Source: Octopus vulgaris
Lineage: Eukaryota
Reading direction: 5' to 3'
Length of the DNA stretch: 64,000 nucleotides
Assembly (NCBI GenBank): GCA_951406725.2
Contig: OX597835.1
Coordinates: forward strand, 33,046,001-33,110,000
Positions 53,551 through 64,000 of this stretch are shown piece after piece. The position numbers and the translations under genes were made by a program. How positions within the stretch are numbered: the stretch's first letter is position 1; each line of letters opens with the position of its first letter. The notes below the pieces were generated by a model. That model did not search any database, was not told the origin of the DNA, and was given only the letters and a program-made list of their open reading frames with translations.

Positions 53551-54954
53551 CATATGGATACTGGAAATATAGTTTTGATTCGCAAATGCGCTTAAGGAAG
53601 ATATTAATCTCATAATTTACTAACCACGCAACCACTTATATGAGAAGAATTTGGACTTAGTTGAAAATACCCTTATACGCCATAAGAATATATAATCTTT
53701 CGAGAAGACGTGAAATAATAACTTTCTGGAACGATGTATCTTGAAACAAGTACAGCTAGAAAGGATAGCATGTAAATATTGGGTTAAAAAGCCATTTTGG
53801 TAAGAAAAAGTCAAAGGTAGGGCGTGGGATCCGAACCAGCGTCTCTGGTATTCATGTCAAGCGTTCGGTCATGCGTATTCGTCGCTTTTATTTTATATTC
53901 ACAATAATGTTTCCACCCAATGTTATTATTTATAACTTTATGTCCTTCGAGATCTACTGTTACAAAGAAAAGATAGCTTTGTCAAGGGTGGCGTTGTAAT
54001 AGGGGTAAATTTCAATAAGCTAGAAATTTCAAGCCGTTTGAATTCCGTGTAGCAAGCCTTTTAATTCCTTGTAGCTGACCTTTCAATTCCCTTCTATCCC
54101 TTTATAAGATGCAATAGTCATTCAAAATCCAGTTAAATTTGCATTAAAAAATGACTTATATAATTTTATTCCCAGTCTGTTCAGTTATGGCGATTTTTTG
54201 GCCAATTCTAAAATTAGTATTTTTTCAAATTATATCATAATAGGTTATATGGAAGAAAATGTAAACAGCTATTTTTAAAGACTTTAGATAGAAGTGTGCG
54301 TTTGACTTTTTTTATCTATTAAGTCATCATGAGATTCATTCAATCTCCTATATTTTTTTCTAATATTAATATTTATATTATTCTATAGTCCGTCTTACAT
54401 TGAGAGTTTAAATTCCCTCGAGTTGGAATTTGCCTTTCAGCCTTTCAGAATCGATAAAATAAGCACCAATTGAACCATGGGGGTCGATGCAATCGACTTC
54501 ACTCCTTTCCCAAAATTGCTGGCCTTGTGCCAAAATCTGAAAACAATATTATCTTATTTTCGACATAATGATATTTTTTTGTTTGCATGTTTTGATGAGA
54601 AGTATTCAGGACAGAAAAGCGGAGTTAATTTTTTAATGAGTCGACGCTCTGGTTTAAATATTTAACTAAATTATCGTATTAATTAATTTGAACACGACAT
54701 CACTACCACCATCATTATCAGCATCATCACTTTTTATGGAATATTTTCTCACCTATAATTGATGGGCAGATCATGTGCACCAATATGAAATCGATACTTG
54801 TGGTGTTATTAATCCACTTATAACTACAGTCATTTCCTCCAGTACATTCACTTCTGTATACCCAAACATAAATAGCTATATATATAAACTTTTTCCGTAA
54901 TGAGATAAAAAAAAACCAAGACTGTGAAGATTTTAGAACATTTATAAATAGAAG

Positions 54955-55510
54955 GTCAAGGACAGACAAACGGATAAGGTCGATTACATCGACCCCAGTG
55001 CGTAACCAGTACTTAATTTATAGACCCCGAAAGGATGAAAGGCAAAGCTGACCTCGGCGGAATTTGAACTCAGAACATAAAGACAGACGAAATACCGCTA
55101 AGCATTTTGCCCTACGTGCTAACGTTTCTGCCAACTCGCACCTTAGAATCTGAAAATATCATTTTTAAAGGAGCTATATTAGTGAGTATCGGAATGAATC
55201 GATCCTCTTACTAACACTCAAGATTATGAATTATGTATGTAGAAGAAGAGAAACTTCTAGTGTCTCTGAAATAGGTGAGCCCAAAGGCGGACTTCACTCC
55301 TGTCTTAGTTCTCTCCATGGCCCCACAAGAGGCTAAACATAGACGGGACAAACAAGGACAGACAAAGGGATTAAGTCGATTACATCGACCCAGTGCGTAA
55401 CTGGTACTCAATTTATCGACCCCGAATGAATGAATGGTAAAGTAGCGGCAGACGAAATACTGCTAAGCATTTCGCCAGGCGTGCTAACGTGTCTGCCAGC
55501 TCGCCGCCTT
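54955..55510 (-). mobile_element. Two SINE family B copies (54955-55143, 55317-55510)
   Basis: caaggacagacaaa..gtcgattacatcgaccc; second copy has an internal deletion. Confidence 0.85.
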
Positions 55511-55911
55511 CCACGCTCTGCATGTTCTACCACTGCAATAATATCAATGGTTTTTAATCAGGAGGAGGAAAGTCAATCAAATACTAAGAGAACAGCAGGC
55601 GGATTTTACCAAATGGAAACATCATTTTCTTTGTCATAGACCCATTACGGGGCCCGGGAACGTATATGAACTCTCTACATTTTTCAAACCAGGCAATTTA
55701 TCATTTACCAAAACATTCAGCAATGTCACAAACTGAAAGCAACGGATATAAAAAGTCATTGCAAATTTCAATTTTCGTATATCAGAGATAGGAAAAGCGA
55801 GAGCTGCAAACACGTCGATTCCTTCTTATCTTACAGTTAATATAGATAAATTAAACTGTAATAAACCTCTTTGTTCGTGGAACCATAATAATTTGCTTTC
55901 AGTCATTGCTC

Positions 55912-55951
<40 letters not shown>

Positions 55952-56500
55952 ACCACCTGTCTATTAATTTTATAAATTAAAATCTGGTTGAAGTTTTTTC
56001 ATTGTTTTTTTTCTTTCGCATTTCTTCATTGTTTATGTATGTTTTTGTTGATTTGTTTTTTATTTTGTCGATGTCTCGAAATTAATTTTTCTTTGATATC
56101 TCCCCCACCCCCGTTTTATTTATCTATGATTTTTCTTCTTATCTTTCCAGGAATAGGATGAAATTTAAAGAAATCTCGAAAGTTTTAATGTATTTTCTAT
56201 TATTTGCTTATTTGAATCGATATAAAATAAATTAGAAGTTTCCCGATTTGAGGCTGAACACTTTCATCGTAAATTTATCATTTCTTATAACTCGTTAGAA
56301 AAACAGACTGCTTAGATGACAGAAATAAAACTACATGGCACAGCAATCTGAGAGGTCAACACTTTGAATTATGAGCCAAGATTACGCCCAGCCTTGTGAT
56401 ATTTAATTTCAAAAACATTCTATTTCAAATGAGAACATCTTATATCTAAGAATATCGGTCCTGTTCTATCCATCTATGTATGATTCTTATTTTCTTTCTC

Positions 56501-56954
56501 GAATCTTTTCGGTTTGAACGGCAGTTTTTTCTAGCGGTGTCATGTGAAATTGTCACCCATAATTATGACCCTAGTATCGATCTATTGCATTTCAATCTGT
56601 TTTAGGGTTAGGTTTAGTTAATGTTAGTTAGTGCTAGTTAGGGTTAGGGTTAGGGGTGGGGGGAAGGGTATCTTTTTTTCTTCACAAATATAAATAAACC
56701 CAATCTGTTTCTTAAACGAGGGACATATGCATACGGCACAGAATGTATTTTTTACCTCAATGGACGTCAGTGATTGGTTGAAATTGCAGAAATTGAAGAA
56801 AAAAACAACAAATATCTTACAAACTATAGAATTTTCTCAACAAAGCCAAGTGAAAAAGATGTTTTATAAACACATTCTACCAGTATACGAAGTTTAAAAT
56901 TTTTTAGTTGCCTAGAAATTATGTTAAAAACTGCCGTTCAAACCGAAAAGATAC
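56501..56954 (-). mobile_element. MITE copy 3 (opposite orientation) with internal TTAGGG tract
   Basis: Same TIRs; ttagggttagggttagggg at ~56638-56656; no TSD seen. Confidence 0.92.
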
Positions 56955-57481
56955 GAGATTGATTTTATATATTTTGTCGTGTCATTTATGTTAGTTACGA
57001 ATGCATTTAGACTTTTGTCTTTCTATTTCAGCAAATGGACTCATGAAGATGCACTTAAGTATCGGTCTTAGTTGCTGTAAACTTGAGTAGCTTTATAAAT
57101 TTGAAGAGTATTTTATCATGAAGCAACGACGACTGTATATATCTAAATTACAGCTTGGATGTTGAAGGCAACGGAAAATAACGCAGATATTTTGTTCCCT
57201 CGATTTAATAAAAAGGGAACAAATGGAATTTAACCTAAACGGTAACGAAACGAAATTAATGTTTACTAGCTGTATGGCTCTGCCCATCGAAAGAAAGACA
57301 AATTCGTTTTTGCTCTATTCTCTTTGTTCTTTGGTAGGGTAGGTGAAGTTTGATGAATCTAATTTGGATCAGAATCAGCACACTGAGATATTTTTCTCTC
57401 AAAGTTTGATCGTTAAATATTTGGAAAAAATGAATTTTTACATGTTGTGTGTGTATGTTGCTTGTTTGTTTGTCTGTTTGT

Positions 57482-57832
57482 TGAGCGAAGCGGTCTTCGT
57501 CTCTGAAGTCCGAAACGTGGTCCTTTGCTATTCGTAAGAACTGCAGAAGAGAAAGCAGGTCAACCCCCGACCGAGAGCATCGACGGATGGATTAATGTGC
57601 ATCCAGGCTCAGCGGTTGCGAAGGAAGTCGGGGATAAGAAACAGGAAGAAAGAGTGAGAGAAAGTTGGAGCGAAAGAGTACAACATGGGTCGCAACCACC
57701 CGTTGCCGGAGCATCGTGGAGCTTTAGGTGTTTTCGCTCAATAAACACACACAACGCCCGGTGTGAGAATCGAAACCGCGATCCTCCGACCGCGAGTCCG
57801 CTGCCCCAACCACTGGGCCATTGCGCCTCCAC
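57482..57832 (-). mobile_element. SINE family A
   Basis: Sister of 37265-37650. Confidence 0.85.
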
Positions 57833-57854
57833 GATATAATAATAACGATGATGT

Positions 57855-57892
<38 letters not shown>

Positions 57893-58899
57893 TTGATGAT
57901 GATGGTGGTGGTTGTGGTGGTGGTGGTGGTGGTGGTGTTGGTGATTGTGGTGGTGGTGGTGGTGGTGGTGATGATGATGATGTTTCCTTACCAACCAATT
58001 TTTATATGTTCATGGAGAGCCTCAAATGGGTTTATGCGTCTTACTTACCTTTCTCAAACATAAATTAAACGAAGAAATTCCAGCCAGGAATCGATGTCTT
58101 CAACCTGAATCGCGTGCAGGCGGTTTTTCCAAACGTCTGAAGATGTTTGTACCAATCCTTGTAATCTATAGCCCGTGCTTAATTGTTGCCTGTCAGATAA
58201 TCTAGCCCTCGCGCGATTAGATTATTACTTCACACTGCACTCACACCCAATCTCTCAATGACATCTGCAAATTTAAGAAGGAACGGCACAAGAACGATCT
58301 CGTAAAGCAACTTCAATCCTGTGCTTCGCGGAAGAGGTATGAAAGTTGGACGTTAATCAGTTAATTACCAGTGAGTTTATAGGTTACATGTCCTTGCAGT
58401 GCATTGAATTAAAAACAGACTTTTCATGGCAGAGAGAAATTTCTCTTCAGTTTGTAAAATAAATTTGAATATCACCGAGATAATTTCTACCTATATTGCG
58501 ATACGTTAGAGAATTTAAAGACTAGCTAGATAATAGAATTTGCAAGGAATAGATATTAAAACTGGTCTTTAGCTAATGTGCATAAGTTATTTCGTGTTAA
58601 ATCAATTAAGAATACTGGTCAATGGTCAATCTATTCAGAAACTTGCATATAATGAATGTCGATAGGCTGCCAGTCTGACGGCTACAAGTTCATATTAAGT
58701 TAACAGTAAAGTTCATCAATGATTTTATCCTCTTTTCACTTCAATTTTCTTTATATGCGTTTAGTGGGATCTATTTTCTTGTAGATATTTGAGTCAGATC
58801 TGCTGTCTGGTGATAACTTTCTGCTTTCATTAGTGTTGATGTTCAGGGAAATGTTAAGGTTATTGCACTTCCAGTACTGAATAAGCAATGTAGATAATG

Positions 58900-58999
58900 N
58901 NNNNNNNNNNNNNNNNNNNNNNNNNNNNNNNNNNNNNNNNNNNNNNNNNNNNNNNNNNNNNNNNNNNNNNNNNNNNNNNNNNNNNNNNNNNNNNNNNNN
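58900..58999. other. Assembly gap (100 N)
   Basis: Run of N; tagataatg occurs on both sides. Confidence 0.99.
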
Positions 59000-59033
59000 A
59001 TAGATAATGAAAAATGAAAATAGTTAGCTACTA

Positions 59034-59445
59034 TAGGCGCAGGTGTGGCTGTGTGGTAAGTAGCTTGCTAACCAACCACATGGTTCCGGGTTCAGTCCCA
59101 CTGCGTGGCAGGTGTCTTCTGCTATAGCCTCGGGCCGACCAAAGCCTTGTGAGTGGATTTGGTAGACGGAAACTGAAAGAAGCCTGTCGTATGTATGTAT
59201 ATATATATATATATATGTGTATGTGTGTGTATATGTTTGTGTGTCTGTGTTTGTCCCTCTAGCATTGCTTGACAACCGATGCTGGTGTGTTTACGTCCCC
59301 GTCACTTAGCGCTTCGGCAAAAGACACCGATAGAATAAGTACTGGGCTTACAAAGAATAAGACCCGGGGTCGATTTGCTCGACTAAAGGTGGTGCTCCAG
59401 CATGGCCGCAGTCAAATGACTGAAACAAGTAAAAGAGTAAAAGAG
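59034..59445 (+). mobile_element. Full-length SINE family C (tRNA head, internal TA/TG microsatellite, gtaaaaga tail)
   Basis: tggctgtgtgg A box, gggttcagtccc B box, tail gactgaaacaagtaaaagagtaaaagag. Confidence 0.9.
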
Positions 59446-59724
59446 TACTCGAATGAGTTGTATATATCTCCGAACGAATGTAAATTGTGATGGCGTGTTT
59501 ATCTTTTCCAATGATATCAGATTAGTAGTGCAAATAATGTAGGAGGGTTCCAGACGAGAATCAAATCTGAACGACTGACATAATTCTTGCTAAAGCCAAA
59601 GTACGTTGTTATTGAAGTAAGTAGAGTGAAATGGAAATAATACGAGTAAACACACACACTCACACGTGTACAATGTGCGTGTGTATGTATATATGTATTC
59701 ACGTATACATACATGCATGTACGT

Positions 59725-60043
59725 CTGAGACCCCATTCGGTCTTGACTTACCATGGGATTGAACCTAGAAAGTTACCCTCCGAGGCACAAGGCTGGGCAA
59801 GGTTGTTTATGGAAGACCAGCAGTCGCCCATGCATAACGGCCTCCACTCTCAACGCCACCAGTGTTATCCAAGGGAAAGGCAAAGGGGCCGATACATTTC
59901 TAGAGCTGAGTGAACTGGAGCGATTTGAAATAAAGTGGGTTGCTCAAGAATACAACACGCAGCACAGCCCGATATCCAATATCGAAGCTCACAACCTCAC
60001 GACCGTGAGCTCGACGCTCTAAACAATGAGCCATACGCCTTCA
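59725..60043 (-). mobile_element. SINE with family D head and RTE-like tail
   Basis: gctgagtg.actggagc body; tail with gtgcctcggagggtaactttctagg on the minus strand. Confidence 0.65.
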
Positions 60044-60055
60044 CATGTATAAACG

Positions 60056-60140
<85 letters not shown>

Positions 60141-60543
60141 GTATGTATATATACATAGATATGTATATATATGTATAGCTCTCTATATAAAAATGAAAAA
60201 ACATAGTCACGAAGAAGGAGTACATTTAGACAGATAAGGAGTACGTTTAGACAGTGTTTAATAAACACTACACATGTTTCGATACCACATGGTTCCAAAT
60301 ATATACAGGATTTGAATTTAAATTGAGCAACGGTTTACCTGTATAATGGGATCCAGTTGTATCTTCGCAGATGATGTATGATCGCTGTCCCCGTAAGTGA
60401 ATATTTCACTTTAATGCTAACACACCCAACTGCCTCTTTTGAATTGGCTATTTGGTAATTCCAAGGGTGATCAAGATCTTTTTTCTTTGTAATCTAATAT
60501 GTTCCTAACGGAATACGTCTTAAATATATATGTATATATGTAC

Positions 60544-60617
<74 letters not shown>

Positions 60618-60744
60618 ATGTATGTAAGTATGTATCTATGTACGTGTGTATGTATGTATGTATGTATGTATGTATGTATGTATGTGTGTATGTATGTATG
60701 TATGTATGTATGTATGTTGGATGTATGTATGTAAGCTGGACTCA

Positions 60745-61065
60745 AGATTCACCTTCGTAGTCATAAAGCGAGACAGATGAATGACAACCTGGCCACTGGT
60801 GGTGGTGTAACACACCATACTAATCATATCCGCCAGGCATGTGGAAGAGAGAGTAATTCGGCAGGAAGACTTAAAAGACATGCAAAGGTACATGAAGCCC
60901 AGTTACAACTGCAGCCAGCTATTACCGGTAGAGGTTTTAGCTGCCAAATCTGTACAAGACATTGGAGATCTTTAGCTGGGCTAAAAAGTCACATTCGATC
61001 ACAGCACCAATAACAGTTAAGCACCGTGCAATGGCCATACTCTATAACGAGGTGGCAGCCATCAT
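60745..61065 (+). mobile_element. RTE-like LINE 3' end with C2H2-like motifs
   Basis: [42 protein letters not shown] then a short 3' UTR into (AT)n. Confidence 0.65.
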
Positions 61066-61078
61066 ATATATATATATG

Positions 61079-61142
<64 letters not shown>

Positions 61143-61197
61143 TGATATATATCATATATATATATATGTATATATATGTATGTATATATATGTATGT

Positions 61198-61228
<31 letters not shown>

Positions 61229-61236
61229 TATATTTA

Positions 61237-61294
<58 letters not shown>

Positions 61295-61310
61295 ATATAT
61301 ATATAATATG

Positions 61311-61348
<38 letters not shown>

Positions 61349-62820
61349 AAGATTAGGCAGAGGAATCAATATCTTATAGCTCTTTCTACTATAAGCTGTT
61401 GCGCACCGCCTTCTAGCAACGTCAGAACTACCAAAATTAAGTACAAGCTTATTTTCAAAAACTTTACAAGCGTAAATACTTTCCGAACTAAGCCTGGGCT
61501 TCAGTTTAGAAGCTCTGGGGAAGATATAAGATGATGCAATCCTCAGGGAGATTACGAAGACACATACTATGACGAAATGGCTATTTGAACGACAAGTACA
61601 GGTCATTTTCTACCCTTTTTCCCCAGCTAACTGAACTAGGGCAACGTGGAATGAAGTGTGGTACTCAAGAACACACCGTCCCGCCGAAATCATAACCTTA
61701 CGACCGTGACCCGAATTCCCTAACCACTAAGCTACCACTCAATATGTATATTTGGGTACAGTTACGTTTTCGTGACACGAGTATCATACGTACTACAGCT
61801 GCAATATCTCGATATAACTCTTCTTTTATATGAATTGGATGATATTTGTTTTATAATTAATATTGTCTGTGGTGTATTGATTTTAAATATTCTGTTGCAT
61901 CTTCTTTCTTAGCTATGATTATATTTAGGTCTTCGTCTCTCTTTTAGGTTGCATATATTGTCTCTGTTTGTGATTTTAAATTATTTTTATTCACCGTAGA
62001 CAGTGCATTCCTGTATGTAAATTACTCCAGTATACGCCACATGACAATATATGATTACCACGCAAATATATGATTACCACGCAAAATATACACCTCAGGA
62101 ACAGAAGTAAGATAAGTTCACGTTGCAGATACCAAAAGAAATCCATATTTGAAAAATGGTTTGAACCATGATTAGCATACGCAACCAGCAGTGACCCCAT
62201 AACTGTACAGATCATGAAAACATAAAAACGCCAAGGCCAAGAATGGTAATCATCCACAGGGCTAGAGGAAACGAACGACAAATTCCTAATTTAATACATA
62301 CCAGGACAGACCCCATACACACAAAGACTGTTATAGAAATACTCATAGAATAGTTAGAGACAAAAATTCCAACAACAGTTAATGACTATATAGATAAGAT
62401 TATAATTTTAAACCCACTAACCATAATAACAATGGACGAAATGAATGACTGGCGAACAAAAAGCTTCTAAGGACCATTTGATAAACAAGCCATAATATAA
62501 ACAAGGGGATCTAATCGCGAAATCAAATAAACAGCGAACCGTAAATGAAAAAGAAAAATATTACGTAATTTGAAAAAGCGGAGATACGCTTTTATGAGTT
62601 TCACAGTTTTAAATTTGATAAAAATGTCTAAAGCAACATCGAAATAGAGACAAGCAATACGGAGATGGATGGCTGAAAAGGTCCTTAACTAACAAAGGGG
62701 ATTGAGACAAAACATTAAAATTCAATCAGGCACAGGAACAAACAAAATATAAGAAAACAATATATTTTATAGATTGGCTTCTCTGTTCGTCATTCGTTCG
62801 ACAAATATCGATATTATTAG

Positions 62821-62868
<48 letters not shown>

Positions 62869-63065
62869 CATATATGTATGTATACACGCACACACACATC
62901 TATATATATGTATATATATATATGTGTGTTTATACATATATATATATATACATATACATATATACATTTACATATATATATATACATACATATATATATG
63001 TATATATATACATATACATATATTTATATATATAAATATATACATATATATACACATGTATACAA

Positions 63066-63122
<57 letters not shown>

Positions 63123-63141
63123 ATATATATATTAATACATT

Positions 63142-63197
<56 letters not shown>

Positions 63198-63432
63198 TTT
63201 TAGTGTTTTTAACATTCCTGTTTGTATATATTATTTTTAACTCATCTTTCATCTTTTGCCTAAATTATCTTTTTTTTTGACCTCGTTAGTTTCTTTTCAA
63301 ATCTAATATATGTTCACCCCACCATTCCTCTTCTCTGAAGAAGTTCAACAACCCGAGAAAACAGAGAAAACATGAAAAGGAATAAAGAAATACTCCAGTC
63401 TACATCTGTATGTTAATACATATGTACCCACT

Positions 63433-63483
<51 letters not shown>

Positions 63484-63485
63484 AA

Positions 63486-63539
<54 letters not shown>

Positions 63540-64000
63540 ATGTATGTATATATGTATGTATGTATGTGTTTATAATTCCTTTTTAACTGCGGAACTCGCT
63601 GTAGATGAAAGTATAAATATATGTTAATTGTATGTAAACATTGGGATGCAAACGTCGGAATATTCAGGCACTTCTTCCAGTCAATAACATACGATTTCAA
63701 ATTTCTCGAAGTTTCTAAATTCTCCTGATATAAAGACTGTATGTGTGTGTGTGTATTATGTATGCATCTTTTTATCGTTTACTTGTTTCAGTTATCTGAC
63801 GTCGGCCATGCTGGGGCACCGTCGCGAAGCGTTTGAGTCGAACTAACCAGATGTAGAAGTGGATGGTCACATGAAACTATATATGTGTGTATGAGAATAT
63901 CTGTATGTGTGTGTGTATGTGAGTGCTTGTGGAGGGAGTTGTATTACGTGCGTGTGTGGTGAGTGTGTGTATTGTCTACTTATTTTATTTCAGAGGGGAC

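Noticed and set aside
58890-59010. tagataatg repeated around the N run
   Set aside because: Most likely contig-end overlap at a scaffold gap, not a TSD.
60777-61013. Possible C2H2 zinc-finger gene exon
   Set aside because: Degenerate, no TGEKP linkers, followed by a LINE-like 3' tail; better explained as an RTE C-terminus.

Overview
AT-rich, microsatellite-saturated eukaryotic DNA with no host protein-coding exon that I can support. The repeat landscape (tRNA-derived SINEs, abundant (TA)n/(CA)n/(TACA)n/(GATA)n) resembles a coleoid cephalopod (Octopus-like) genome; this is inference. Most ORFs in the track are microsatellite translations. Supported content: a near full-length but frameshifted Tx1/L1-clade LINE (minus, ~8.8-13.9 kb); a second Tx1 family nested in (GATA)n; a Dong/R4-type LINE fragment in (TAA)n; RTE-like LINE fragments; three decayed mariner elements; a TTAGGG-containing MITE (3 copies); many modular SINEs; a U2 snRNA pseudogene; minimal hammerhead ribozyme motifs; a 100-N gap. 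Most notable: (1) a composite MITE-cargo-MITE unit (48167-51620) bounded by one 8-bp TSD and carrying Tx1 pieces; (2) a ~640-bp inverted repeat pair (13904-14543 / 19587-20244), one arm bracketed by 17-bp inverted repeats at the LINE 5' end; (3) an abundant SINE whose 3' tail matches the 3' end of the (GATA)n-associated Tx1 LINE. All alignments were done by eye; coordinates marked ~ are approximate.
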